Shown here: positions 18,673 through 28,200 of the stretch, piece after piece | How the letters are laid out: each line of letters starts with the position of its first letter | How positions within the stretch are numbered: position 1 is the first letter of the stretch | Origin: an uncultured Collinsella sp. | GTDB taxonomy: Bacteria; Actinomycetota; Coriobacteriia; Coriobacteriales; Coriobacteriaceae | Direction: 5' to 3' | Assembly (NCBI GenBank): GCA_900544115.1 | Contig: UQTW01000004.1 | Span: 18,302 to 82,301, forward strand | DNA length: 64,000 nucleotides | Notes under the pieces: model-generated | Told to the model about the DNA's origin: nothing | Databases searched by the model: none | Seen by the model: the letters and a program-made list of their open reading frames with translations, nothing else | Made by a program: the position numbers and the translations under genes

Positions 18673-19884
18673 ATGAAATACGACTTTACCTCGCTTATCG
18701 ACCGCCACGGTATGGACGCCATCGCCGTTGACTCCTGGGGAGAAATTCCCGACATGGCTCCGAACGCACCCGACGAGGGCTTCGACCGCATCCCCATGTG
18801 GGTGGCGGATATGAATTTTGCCACGGTGCCCACGGTTCAGGAACACATCATTCAGCGCGCCCAGCATCCCATGTTTGGCTATTTCAATCCGCGTGACGAG
18901 TACTTCGACCGCATCATCGAATGGCAAAGCCGTCGCAACGGCGTTGAGGGCTTGGCGCCGGAGCATATCGGCTACGAAAACGGCGTGCTGGGCGGTGTCG
19001 TGTCGACGCTGCGCGCATATGTCCAGCCGGGCGATGCGGTACTGGTCCACAGTCCCACCTACATCGGCTTTACCAAGTCTATCGAAGCCGCGGGCTATCG
19101 CATTGTCCACAGCCCGCTTAAGCTCGACGATCGGGGCGTGTGGCGCATGGACTTTGAGGACATGGAGCGAAAGCTCGCCCAAAACCACATCCATGCCGCG
19201 GTGTTCTGCTCGCCGCACAATCCCTGCGGCCGCGTATGGGGGCGCGACGAGATCGAACGTGCCATGGACATCTATCGCCAGCACGATTGCGTGGTGATCT
19301 CGGATGAGATTTGGTCCGATATCATCCTGCCGGGTCACAAGCATATCCCGACGCAGTCGGTGAGCGAGGATGCCCGCATGCGCACGGTTGCCCTCTATGC
19401 GCCCAGCAAGACGTTTAACCTGGCGGGCCTGGTCGGCAGCTACCACATCATCTATAACGAGACGCTGCGCGACCGCGTGTGCGCCGTGTCCAACAAGACG
19501 CACTACAACGAGATGAACGTCCTCTCCATGCATGCGCTTATCGGTGCCTACCAGCCGCAAGGCTACGAGTGGGTTGATGAGCTCAATGAGGTCATCGAGG
19601 GCAACGTCGACTACTTCTGCAATTACGTGGACAAGCATTTTGCGGGCGTGTCCTATTCGCGTCCGCAGGGCACCTACATGGTGTTTCTGGACTGCACCGA
19701 GTGGTGCCGCGAGCATGGCCGCGATATTCAGTGGCTGCTCGACGAGGGCGCTCGTGTGGGCGTGGGGTATCAGGACGGCCGCCCGTTCCACGGGCCCTGC
19801 CACATTCGCGTGAATCTGGCACTGCCCCTTTCGCGGGTAAAGGAGGCGTGTGAGCGCCTGGACCGCTACGTTTTTGGGGTATAG
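18673..19884 (+). CDS. PatB/MalY-type PLP-dependent C-S lyase (class I/II aminotransferase)
   Basis: MKYDFTSLIDRHG...WVADMNF..., with SKTFNLAG carrying the PLP lysine. Confidence 0.8.
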   Translation: MKYDFTSLIDRHGMDAIAVDSWGEIPDMAPNAPDEGFDRIPMWVADMNFATVPTVQEHIIQRAQHPMFGYFNPRDEYFDRIIEWQSRRNGVEGLAPEHIGYENGVLGGVVSTLRAYVQPGDAVLVHSPTYIGFTKSIEAAGYRIVHSPLKLDDRGVWRMDFEDMERKLAQNHIHAAVFCSPHNPCGRVWGRDEIERAMDIYRQHDCVVISDEIWSDIILPGHKHIPTQSVSEDARMRTVALYAPSKTFNLAGLVGSYHIIYNETLRDRVCAVSNKTHYNEMNVLSMHALIGAYQPQGYEWVDELNEVIEGNVDYFCNYVDKHFAGVSYSRPQGTYMVFLDCTEWCREHGRDIQWLLDEGARVGVGYQDGRPFHGPCHIRVNLALPLSRVKEACERLDRYVFGV

Positions 19885-19906
19885 GGGGGCGCTCGATTCG
19901 AGTGCT

Positions 19907-19975
19907 GCCCCATGCGCCCACGCCGTCAAAATGCGTGGGCGCATGGGGCGCAGAGGGTAGCGAGCGCGTTTTTCG
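19907..19975. terminator. Bidirectional terminator region between convergent genes
   Basis: 16-bp stem ccccatgcgcccacgc/gcgtgggcgcatgggg, followed by a second short hairpin and ttttt. Confidence 0.5.
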
Positions 19976-19981
19976 CATTCG

Positions 19982-20461
19982 CTACTTTTCCTGAATCTGC
20001 TTGCCGCAAAGATGCTCAATTGAAATCTCGTAGAGTTGGACGCCCTTGATGTCTTTGGCGATTTCTTCCTCGACTTCTTCGGCAGAAGGGTAGTACTTAA
20101 GCGCGAGCTGGCGGACTTTGTCCTCGATAAACGCAGGCGCTTCATCTACCAGGCGGCAACGGCCAAAGACCACAGTGCTCATGACGTAAGGAGCCCAGTC
20201 GCCGTCCTTGTACCACTCGTTGCCGTAAACGGTAAAGCAGACTTTATCGTCACGCCTGAGCGAATCGACCTTGTGGCCGGCCTTGGCGCCATGGAAATAA
20301 ATCTTGTCGTGCTCGGCGTCAAAGAAGTAGTTGACGGGAATGGCATAGGGGTAGCCATCATCGCCGTTGACGGCAAAGACGCCGCGCTTACAGGTGGCGA
20401 GCAACTCGCGCGCTTCCTCGTCAGTGATGGCGCGTTTCTTTCGACGTAAGGGCCTAAACAT
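19982..20461 (-). CDS. Pyridoxamine 5'-phosphate oxidase-like flavin-binding protein (Nim/PNPOx family)
   Basis: Split-barrel FMN-binding fold consensus ...GYPYAIPVNYFFD...IYFHGA... Confidence 0.65.
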   Translation of the reverse strand: MFRPLRRKKRAITDEEARELLATCKRGVFAVNGDDGYPYAIPVNYFFDAEHDKIYFHGAKAGHKVDSLRRDDKVCFTVYGNEWYKDGDWAPYVMSTVVFGRCRLVDEAPAFIEDKVRQLALKYYPSAEEVEEEIAKDIKGVQLYEISIEHLCGKQIQEK

Positions 20462-20503
20462 CGTTGGCTTCCTTTCTGGCTGTGCATGGTGGTTAAACGC
20501 AAA

Positions 20504-23341
20504 CTATAGCGAAACAGTTCCGTTTTTCTTGATGCGGGCGAGTATGTTTTTGAGCTTGTTAAAGTCGAGCGGTTTGGGCAGATGGGCGTTCATACCGGCA
20601 TCGTGTGCCGCCTTGGCGTCCTCGTTGAAGGCGTTGGCAGTGAGCGCGATGATGGGGATGTCGGCTGCATCGGCCTTTTCGCTCAGACGAATCGCGCGGG
20701 TTGCCTCGTAGCCATCCATGCCCGGCATCATGATGTCCATCAGGATCGCATCGAAGCTGCCGGCGGGACGACTAACGTATAGGTCGACTGCTTTGTTGCC
20801 GTCGGCGGCGCGCGTTACGACGATGCCTTCGCTTTCGAGTAGAGCCTGGGCAATTTCGGCATTGAGCTCGTTGTCTTCTGCCAAAAGGACGTTCATGCCG
20901 GCAAGCGAGCAACTGTATGTCTGCTTGGACGCACGTTCTTTTGCCTGAGGGTTCTTGTCGATATCGAGCGGTATCTGGACGTTGAACGTGCTTCCCGCGC
21001 CAACCTCACTCGAAATCTCAATCGTGCCGCCCATCATATCGATGAGCGATTTGACGATAGACATGCCAATGCCGGTTCCTTGGAACTTGCTACGCGCATC
21101 GTCGCCTTCCTGGGCAAACGGCTCGTAAATGTGCGTCAAAAACTCGGGCGTCATACCAATGCCGGTATCCGAGACGCTAAAGCAAAACACGGCGTGCTCG
21201 TCGTCGACCGGTTTGATGGTCGATGAGAACGTGACGGTGCCTCCGTGCTTGTTGTACTTGATGCTGTTGTCGAGCAGGTTGACAAGGATCTGCCGAATAT
21301 GGGTGGGGCTGCCGATCATATATTGGTCGACAGCGTAGGGCTCGCTGGTATCGAGCATGGTTATGCCACGGTCTGATGCGCGGAGCTTGCACAGTACGAG
21401 CGCATTGTCGCACAGCTCTTTAAGGTTGAATGATTCGTGCTCGAGCGTCACTTTGCGCTCCTCGATCCTGCCCATCTCGAGGATGTCGTTAATCAGTGAC
21501 AGCAGGTGATTGGCGGCAACGCGCGCCTTGGCGCGGCTTTCGCGGGCGACCTGCATGTCGCCTTCTCTCAATTCCTCAATTTCGATAAGACCCAGGATGC
21601 CGTTGAGCGGCGTGCGGATGTCGTGGCTCATGCGCGTGAGGAAAGCGGTTTTGGCGGCGTTGGCGGCATCGGCTTTCTGCCGTTCCTCCTGTGCGCGGTA
21701 AAGCGACCAGACAAGGATGACGATGCCGGTGAGCAAAATGCAGATGACGACTGCCGCAATGACGATGCGGTTGCGGTAGAGAAGTCGGAACGCATCCGAT
21801 TCTTGCGCCGAGTACGATGTGGGGAAATAGCTGTTTGCAGAGAGCGATTCACCTGCATTGACGATGCCCTTATTGATGATTCCCAGCAGCTCGGGCTTGC
21901 CGCGCGAAATTAAACACGATAGTTGCGCCGTGTTGGTGAGTTCCTGTGTTTCGAAATCCTCGATGTCGTAGATGTCGCGGAGAGTTTCCAGGCGCGTGCT
22001 GGGGACAATGATGCAACGTGCCTTCCCCTCATTGAGGGCTTTGAGCACCTCGCCGTCATTCGAATACTCGGTTACCGTTGCGTTCGGAAAGAGACTTTCG
22101 AGCTCAAAACGGTTAACGATTGTGCTCTTTGTACAAGCGATGTTCTTAAGGTCGCTGTTCAGGTTTTTGCCACTGTGAATGGCGGTCAGCGAAACCGTTC
22201 CCATCGAGTTTGACTGGATGACCCCTGTCTGCTCGGCGAGCCAGTAGTCGCGAAACAACGGCAGGGCGACATCGATGGTTCCGTTGGAAAGGGCTTTGAT
22301 CATTTGCTTGTTGTTCGAGAGTGCGATTGTTTTGACCGTAATGTCAAACTTGTCGTGCAACGTCGTTGCAAGCGAGGCGAGCGACCCTTCCATCTCGCCG
22401 TCGTCATTTTGCGTACAGTAGGGAAGTTGGTTTTTAAGATAGCCGAGCGTGATGGTATTGCCGTTTTCTTTGAGCCAGGTGGTCTCGGTGCCGGTGAGCG
22501 ATGACGAGCCACTGTTTTGGGTCGAGTAACTCGTTTTGACTTCCTCGTTATAGCGCGGGTTATCGCGGGCGATGGTCGTCATGGCGGCGTTGATGTCGTT
22601 CATCAGGTCAGGGCGGCTTTTGGGAACGGCAAAATAGTAGTCGCTCGAGCCTACGTAGAACATGGGTGACGCATCGGGCGACGAAATGGTGTCGTTCATG
22701 ATGACGGCGTCGACCTCGCCGTCTGCAAGCGCCTCAAAGAGGGCGCTGCCGGTGTCGATTTCTTTATAGGTGCAGGTAACGTCTTCGTTGGCGAGCCACT
22801 GCTGGCCGACGATAGTTTGCATAACGCCAGAGTTGCAGCCGATGGTGAGGCCTTGGAGCGCCTGGGGGTCACCCTTGGCCAGATCGTCGCGGTCGGGCCT
22901 GGCGTAGATGTAGTAGCGCTCGGTGCCCTCGGGGTTCGAGGAAAAGAGCAGCTTCTGCTCGCGTTCTGCCGAATACGAGATGTTGGGCATGAGGTCGATT
23001 TCGCCTGCTTCGAGCATGTCCATAAGCTCGGAGAAGGTGCCGCTAACGTATTCGTATTGCCAGCCCTTTGTGTAATACGAGAGGGTCTGGAGGTACTCGT
23101 AGCCCCATCCCGAAAGTCGCTCGCCCGGCATGCCTTCCTGGAAGCCTTTGTTGTTGACGAGCCAGCCAACGCGGACTGTCTTGACCTGCTGGTCGGAGTC
23201 GGCGGCAAAGGCGGGGGCGGGCATGACGGCGCTCAGTATGGCGAGCGCGGCAAGCGCGACGGCCAGGGTGCGATATAGAGCCAAGCGAAGGACGGCGGAA
23301 GGTTTCACATGAAATCCTATCGAGTTGAGACAATTTCGCAT
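20504..23341 (-). CDS. Hybrid sensor histidine kinase/response regulator with two periplasmic solute-binding (SBP_bac_3-like) domains
   Basis: Signal/TM, two SBP-like modules, a TM segment, HisKA (SHDIRTPLN), HATPase (DTGIGM, GTGIGMS), and a C-terminal REC (VLLAEDNELN...D). Confidence 0.85.
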   Translation of the reverse strand: MRNCLNSIGFHVKPSAVLRLALYRTLAVALAALAILSAVMPAPAFAADSDQQVKTVRVGWLVNNKGFQEGMPGERLSGWGYEYLQTLSYYTKGWQYEYVSGTFSELMDMLEAGEIDLMPNISYSAEREQKLLFSSNPEGTERYYIYARPDRDDLAKGDPQALQGLTIGCNSGVMQTIVGQQWLANEDVTCTYKEIDTGSALFEALADGEVDAVIMNDTISSPDASPMFYVGSSDYYFAVPKSRPDLMNDINAAMTTIARDNPRYNEEVKTSYSTQNSGSSSLTGTETTWLKENGNTITLGYLKNQLPYCTQNDDGEMEGSLASLATTLHDKFDITVKTIALSNNKQMIKALSNGTIDVALPLFRDYWLAEQTGVIQSNSMGTVSLTAIHSGKNLNSDLKNIACTKSTIVNRFELESLFPNATVTEYSNDGEVLKALNEGKARCIIVPSTRLETLRDIYDIEDFETQELTNTAQLSCLISRGKPELLGIINKGIVNAGESLSANSYFPTSYSAQESDAFRLLYRNRIVIAAVVICILLTGIVILVWSLYRAQEERQKADAANAAKTAFLTRMSHDIRTPLNGILGLIEIEELREGDMQVARESRAKARVAANHLLSLINDILEMGRIEERKVTLEHESFNLKELCDNALVLCKLRASDRGITMLDTSEPYAVDQYMIGSPTHIRQILVNLLDNSIKYNKHGGTVTFSSTIKPVDDEHAVFCFSVSDTGIGMTPEFLTHIYEPFAQEGDDARSKFQGTGIGMSIVKSLIDMMGGTIEISSEVGAGSTFNVQIPLDIDKNPQAKERASKQTYSCSLAGMNVLLAEDNELNAEIAQALLESEGIVVTRAADGNKAVDLYVSRPAGSFDAILMDIMMPGMDGYEATRAIRLSEKADAADIPIIALTANAFNEDAKAAHDAGMNAHLPKPLDFNKLKNILARIKKNGTVSL

Positions 23342-23394
23342 AAGGATACCAGCTCAGCCTGCCCATTCAGCCGCCGCACCGCTAAACGGTCACT

Positions 23395-23454
23395 CCCGGC
23401 AGTTGGGGACAGTCCCTTTCTGCCGGCAGAAAGGGAACGTCCCCAACTGCCGGG
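23395..23454. repeat. 60-bp near-perfect palindrome in a divergent promoter region
   Basis: cccggcagttggggacagtccctttctgccgg | ccggcagaaagggaacgtccccaactgccggg. It shares the core gggacagtcccttt with the 29-bp family. Confidence 0.85.
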
Positions 23455-23506
23455 TGTGGGACAATAACGAGCGAATGTGATTGGGCGTCTGGGAAAAGGG
23501 GTCGCG

Positions 23507-23932
23507 ATGAACAAGTTGAGGACGCTTGCCGACGTGTTGCGCCAGGCTGGCTTTGCACGCATCACGGGCCTGTTTCTCGTCTTCTATCTGCTGTGCTCGA
23601 CAGCCGTCTGGCTGTCCGAGCCCACGACCCTTACGTTTGGCGACGGCCTCTGGTTTAGCTTTGAGACCGTATCGACCATCGGCTTTGGCGATATCCCGGC
23701 CGAGACGCCGGTTGCCCGCGCTATCACTGTCGTTTTGAGCGTCATCAGCATCTTCTACATCGCCATGCTCACGGGCGTGGCGGTGAACTACTGCAATACG
23801 CTCATCAAGATGCGCCAAAAGGACACCATGGCGCGCTTTATGGACGATCTTGAGCATTTGGAAGAGCTCGATCGTGACGAGCTTGCCGACCTATCGCGCC
23901 GTGTGCGTGAATATCGCCGACGCCAACGCTAG
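23507..23932 (+). CDS. Two-TM potassium channel protein
   Basis: Selectivity filter TVSTIGFGD between two transmembrane helices. ATG at 23507 has the RBS aaagggg upstream; the track uses an upstream GTG. Confidence 0.75.
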   Translation: MNKLRTLADVLRQAGFARITGLFLVFYLLCSTAVWLSEPTTLTFGDGLWFSFETVSTIGFGDIPAETPVARAITVVLSVISIFYIAMLTGVAVNYCNTLIKMRQKDTMARFMDDLEHLEELDRDELADLSRRVREYRRRQR

Positions 23933-23968
23933 AACGGGCGCCGCGCGTCACGATGAGGGGGACTAAAT

Positions 23969-24502
23969 ATGAATATCACGGTATACCTGGGCGCCAGCGT
24001 TGGTAACGACCCAGCATTTTTGCCTGCGGTGCAAGAGCTAGGCAACTGGATTGGCTCCAACGGGCACGCGCTGGTATACGGCGGGTCCAAATCGGGCCTG
24101 ATGGGTGCGCTCGCCGATAGCGTACTCGATGCCGGTGGACACGTGACGGGCGTGGAGCCGAGCTTTTTTATCGAGGCCGAGTTTCAGCACGATGGCATCG
24201 ACGACCTCATCGTGACGAGCGACATGGCCGAGCGCAAGGCCAAGATGATTGAGCTCGGTGACGCGTTCATCGCCTTTCCCGGTGGGACGGGTACGCTCGA
24301 GGAGATTGCCGAGGTCATGTCCGCCGTGTCGTTGGGGCATCTCGATGCGACGTGCATCCTGTACAACCTCGGGGGCTACTACAACGATCTCAAGGCGCTG
24401 CTCGGACACATGATTGATAAAGGGCTTTCGAGTCCGAGGCGCCAGCAAGGCATTTACTTTGCCGACGATTTGCGCGAGATTGCCTCGATTATTAACGGAT
24501 AA
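23969..24502 (+). CDS. LOG-family cytokinin riboside 5'-monophosphate phosphoribohydrolase-like protein
   Basis: VYGGSKSGLMG and PGGTGTLEE motifs (TIGR00730 family). Confidence 0.75.
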   Translation: MNITVYLGASVGNDPAFLPAVQELGNWIGSNGHALVYGGSKSGLMGALADSVLDAGGHVTGVEPSFFIEAEFQHDGIDDLIVTSDMAERKAKMIELGDAFIAFPGGTGTLEEIAEVMSAVSLGHLDATCILYNLGGYYNDLKALLGHMIDKGLSSPRRQQGIYFADDLREIASIING

Positions 24503-24627
24503 GTCTTGAGCCTGCCCCACTATGACTCCCAATGGTGTCGTTTGCGGCGCAGACGGTTGGCTCGTTCGGGCAACGCTCGCTCTACAATAAAACGTATCTT
24601 TGTCGATTTTGACCACGGGAGGTCCCG

Positions 24628-25926
24628 ATGGACAACCTTGCAAAACCCAAAAACCGTGCGCTGTTTTTAGTGAGCGTGGCCGTGACCGGTGCGTTTGCGG
24701 GCGCCGCGGTCTGGCTGTTTTTCTTTGCGATGGAGCACGGTATCGACTATCTATGGACCGAGATCCCTCATATGCTGGGCGTCGCTTCGCCCGAGCTCGC
24801 GAGCGGTCCGTTCGGTTTTTTGCCGTACCCGTTTTTCGTCTGCCTGCTGGGCGGCCTGCTGATCGGTCTGTACGAAAAGATGACGGGCACCAAGACTGAT
24901 GACCTCAACCAGGTGATGGCCAAGGTTAAGCAAGACGGTCGCTACCCGTACGACAACCTCGGCAAGCTTTCGCTTGCGGCATTGCTGCCGCTGCTGTTTG
25001 GCGGAAGCATTGGACCGGAGGCCGGCCTGACCGGCGTTATCGCGGGTCTGTGCAGCTGGGTCGGCGACCGCATGCGTCGCTTTGACGCCGAGTTTAGGCA
25101 GCTCACGCTGCTGGGTACCCAAGCTGCCCTAACGGCGCTCTTCACCGCTCCCATCTTTGGCTTTGTGGCGCCGCTCGCCGGTAGCGCCGATGGTCGGGGC
25201 GCTGGCGAGGACTCCGCGTCCGACGAGATCACCATCAAGCTGCCCAAGGCGCAAAAGACCGTGGTCTACGGCATCGCGATTGCCGGCGGCCTGGGCACCT
25301 ATCTGCTGCTCGGCCAGCTTATGGGTGGCGGCATGGGCATGCCGAGGTTCGAGGCTGCCGAGGTGGGCAACCTGGAACTTGTCTGGCTCATTCCGCTGGC
25401 GTTGGTCGGCACCGTATGCGGTTGGCTGTACTTTGTCTCCGAGCATGCAAGTGAGGCGCTGTCCCATGCAATAGGGGAGCGCCCCGTCGTCAAGGCCATG
25501 CTGGCTGGTCTGGCGCTCGCCATCTGCGGCACAGTTCTGCCTTATACCATGTTTGCCGGTGAGACCCAGGCCGACGTACTTATGGAGACCTACCTCACCA
25601 TCCCCGCCGGTGTGCTCATCGCGACCGGTCTTGTCAAGGCCATGCTGACCCCCGCCCTCATCAATATGGGCTGGCGTGGCGGCCACTTCTTCCCGGTTAT
25701 CTTTTCGGGCGTGAGCTTGGGCTACGGCTTCGCTATCCTTACCGGCGCCGATCCGGTCTTTTGCGTCGCCGTCTGCACGGCCTCGACGATGGGCGCCGTT
25801 ATGCGTCAGCCGGTCATGGTTGTGGGCTTGCTGCTCATGTGTTTCCCGCTCAAGGGTATCGTCTGCATGATCATCGCCGCCGTTATCGCCGCTGGCATTC
25901 CGCTGCCCAAGCCGCTGCGCAAGTAG
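24628..25926 (+). CDS. Polytopic membrane protein, possibly a ClC-like channel/transporter
   Basis: About 10 TM segments. GGSIGPEAG and GGHFFPV resemble the ClC GxEGP and GxFxP motifs, but GSGIP is absent. Confidence 0.4.
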   Translation: MDNLAKPKNRALFLVSVAVTGAFAGAAVWLFFFAMEHGIDYLWTEIPHMLGVASPELASGPFGFLPYPFFVCLLGGLLIGLYEKMTGTKTDDLNQVMAKVKQDGRYPYDNLGKLSLAALLPLLFGGSIGPEAGLTGVIAGLCSWVGDRMRRFDAEFRQLTLLGTQAALTALFTAPIFGFVAPLAGSADGRGAGEDSASDEITIKLPKAQKTVVYGIAIAGGLGTYLLLGQLMGGGMGMPRFEAAEVGNLELVWLIPLALVGTVCGWLYFVSEHASEALSHAIGERPVVKAMLAGLALAICGTVLPYTMFAGETQADVLMETYLTIPAGVLIATGLVKAMLTPALINMGWRGGHFFPVIFSGVSLGYGFAILTGADPVFCVAVCTASTMGAVMRQPVMVVGLLLMCFPLKGIVCMIIAAVIAAGIPLPKPLRK

Positions 25927-26108
25927 CACGGCGGCGCACGGTCAATACAAACATCTCAAGCCCGGTGTGAGGGTGTTCAACTTGAGCTTGTGCCCTTTGA
26001 CGGGTCGTTATTTTCAAAATGCTGCTGTAATCCACGACACGGGTTGAGCGCCTTCCCAATAATGGGCCACGCCGATCTGTGGCGCATGTCCGATGATACC
26101 GCGCCTGC

Positions 26109-26807
26109 CTACAGGTCGCGTGCTCGATAGACCTTGGTACTGATGGCGCAACTCAGTGCAAAGAGCACGAGGGCCAGTACGGCAATTCCTGCGCACAGGC
26201 AGCCGAGGACGGCGGGATCGGGATTTGCTCCGGCAATCGACATAAGCCAGTTGCTAATGGGGTTGGAGGAGCTCAGCGTGGCCATGGCAAAGCACCCGAG
26301 CAGGGCAAACAGGCCAACGGATAGGCGCAGCGCCTCCATGTGTCCAAGGCGAAAGAACGGCGGCTGCGCCAAAAACACCATCATGAGGGAGATGAGCATC
26401 GATGCTGCCGAGGCTATTGCGATCTCAAAGACCGTCTGTCCCGTCGAAGGAATGCCCGCGCTGTTGAAGAGCGGGATGGCGACGATACTCAAAAGCGTAG
26501 CTGCACATGCCATGGCGGCGGAGAAGACAATAACGCTCAGGTAGCGGGCACAAATAATGTCTTTGCGCGAGAAGGGCAGCGTTGCCCGATAACGCTCCCA
26601 TCCGTTTTGATTGTCGAAGCCGGCCAGCGAGCTCATGACCATGATGGGTGACATGGCGCTGACCGCGCAGGCGCCGGCGCTCATGCCGGAATCGCCGTCC
26701 GATGCGTTGGCAAGGGTCAGCACGACGAATATGAACAAGCCGACACCCGCAATGCTCGGGACAAGTGAGCGAACGATGGCGAGCTCGGACATAAAGGCGC
26801 GTTTCAT
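26109..26807 (-). CDS. ABC-2 type transporter permease
   Basis: Six transmembrane segments. It overlaps the upstream ATPase gene by 4 bp. Confidence 0.65.
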   Translation of the reverse strand: MKRAFMSELAIVRSLVPSIAGVGLFIFVVLTLANASDGDSGMSAGACAVSAMSPIMVMSSLAGFDNQNGWERYRATLPFSRKDIICARYLSVIVFSAAMACAATLLSIVAIPLFNSAGIPSTGQTVFEIAIASAASMLISLMMVFLAQPPFFRLGHMEALRLSVGLFALLGCFAMATLSSSNPISNWLMSIAGANPDPAVLGCLCAGIAVLALVLFALSCAISTKVYRARDL

Positions 26808-27685
26808 TTCGAAGCCCCTTTCAGCGTGAGGCGCAGATAGTCATCAATGGTTGCCCGGTCGCAGGGAATCTCGGGAAAGGCCTCGAGCGCCTCGCGACGG
26901 TTGGGCACGAGCACGTCCACGCTATAGGCGTGGTGGGCGGCGCGAGCGCCTTCGACGCAAGCCATAAGCTCGGCGGCCTGTGCTTGGGTGCAGTGGGCGA
27001 TGCCGGCGCGGTCGGTAATGTCCTCGCGCGGCAGGTCAAACACAATCGAACCGTTATCGATGCAGATGACGCGGTCGGCGGCGCGATCGAGGTCGGACGT
27101 AATGTGGCTCGAGAGCAGCACACTGTGCTGGCCGTCGGCGACAAAGGCGAGCAGCTCATCGAGCAGCTCCTCGCGCGCCATGGGATCGAGGCCCGCAGTG
27201 GCTTCGTCCAAAACGAGCAGCTTGGCATTGTGGCTGAGCGCGCAGGCGAGCTGCAGCTTCATGCCCATGCCGCGGGAGAGGTCTTTTACCTTGGCTTTGG
27301 GATCAAGGCCAAATCGGTCGATAAATCTGGCGAATGTTTCGCGACTCCATGTGGGGTACGCCGGGCCTACGAGCGTCTCGATCTGGCCCACCTTGAGCGT
27401 GGAGGGGAAAGGACACGTGTCCAGGACAAGACCGACGCGGGAGCGCAGGTGACGCTGTGCCTCGCCGGGCGCGTTGGCGTCGCAGTGCTGTCCAAACAGA
27501 TGCACCTCGCCGGCATCGAGCTTTATAAGCCCGAGCGCGGCGCGAATGGTCGTTGTCTTGCCGGCGCCGTTTGCGCCCACAAAGCCGACAATCTGGCCGG
27601 GCTCCACGGTGAGTGTGACATCGCGTAGCGAAAAGCGGTCGCTTACGCGGCGTGAAACGCCTTTGAGTTCTAGCAAGTTTTGCAT
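26804..27685 (-). CDS. ABC transporter ATP-binding protein
   Basis: MQNLLELKGVSRR..., Walker A GANGAGKTT, signature LSRGMGMKLQ, Walker B LLVLDEAT. The track ORF runs on into the GntR gene in another frame, which is an artefact. Confidence 0.8.
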   Translation of the reverse strand: MQNLLELKGVSRRVSDRFSLRDVTLTVEPGQIVGFVGANGAGKTTTIRAALGLIKLDAGEVHLFGQHCDANAPGEAQRHLRSRVGLVLDTCPFPSTLKVGQIETLVGPAYPTWSRETFARFIDRFGLDPKAKVKDLSRGMGMKLQLACALSHNAKLLVLDEATAGLDPMAREELLDELLAFVADGQHSVLLSSHITSDLDRAADRVICIDNGSIVFDLPREDITDRAGIAHCTQAQAAELMACVEGARAAHHAYSVDVLVPNRREALEAFPEIPCDRATIDDYLRLTLKGASK

Positions 27686-27708
27686 GGTATAGCCTTTCTT
27701 GCAGATGG

Positions 27709-28089
27709 CTACTGCATGGTCTCGGGGGCTACAAGGTCGAGCATCTCGTGCAATTTGTCGCGCGTGACGCCCAGGGTTTCGGCCTGCGTAGCGGCCTGCG
27801 CAAGCAACTCTTCGATATGGCAGAGCTGGTTTTCGCGCAAGAGTTCCTGGTTTCCCTCGGCGACAAAGCAGCCCTTGCCCTGCACGGTGCAGATAAAACC
27901 GAGTTGCTCCAGGTCGGCATAGGCGCGCTTGGTGGTGATGACGCTCACGCCCAGGTCGCTCGCCAGCGCGCGGATACTGGGGAGCTTGGCTCCCGCAGCG
28001 AGTGAGCCCGAAAGGATCTGGGCTTTGACCTGCGAGGTTATCTGCTCGTAGATGGGCTTGTCGCTCGAATTGGATAGGATGATGTCCAC
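27709..28089 (-). CDS. GntR-family (YtrA-like) transcriptional regulator
   Basis: 126 aa. The N-terminal wHTH ...PSIRALASDLGVSVITTKRAYADLE... is typical of short YtrA-type GntR regulators that control adjacent ABC operons. Confidence 0.8.
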   Translation of the reverse strand: MDIILSNSSDKPIYEQITSQVKAQILSGSLAAGAKLPSIRALASDLGVSVITTKRAYADLEQLGFICTVQGKGCFVAEGNQELLRENQLCHIEELLAQAATQAETLGVTRDKLHEMLDLVAPETMQ

Positions 28090-28116
28090 AGCGGCTCCTT
28101 AGCTGTTGGGCTACAC

Positions 28117-28160
28117 GTGTATATAACCGGTAAGCACAGTATATATACACTATGCACAGT
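28117..28160. promoter_or_regulatory. Inverted repeat GTGTATATA-N16-TATATACAC with flanking gcacagt direct repeats, in the GntR promoter region
   Basis: Read directly from the sequence: it includes a TATATA -10-like core 28 bp upstream of the GntR start. It is a candidate promoter/operator. Confidence 0.4.
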
Positions 28161-28200
28161 TGCGCAAGAGGGAAATATGGGCTCGTCTGTCCCTCCGTTC

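Noticed and set aside
18541-20145. 534-aa ORF on the minus strand
   Set aside because: It is fully antisense to the well-supported PatB/MalY aminotransferase gene, has no recognisable domain and an Arg/Ala-rich composition. It is a typical high-GC antisense artefact.
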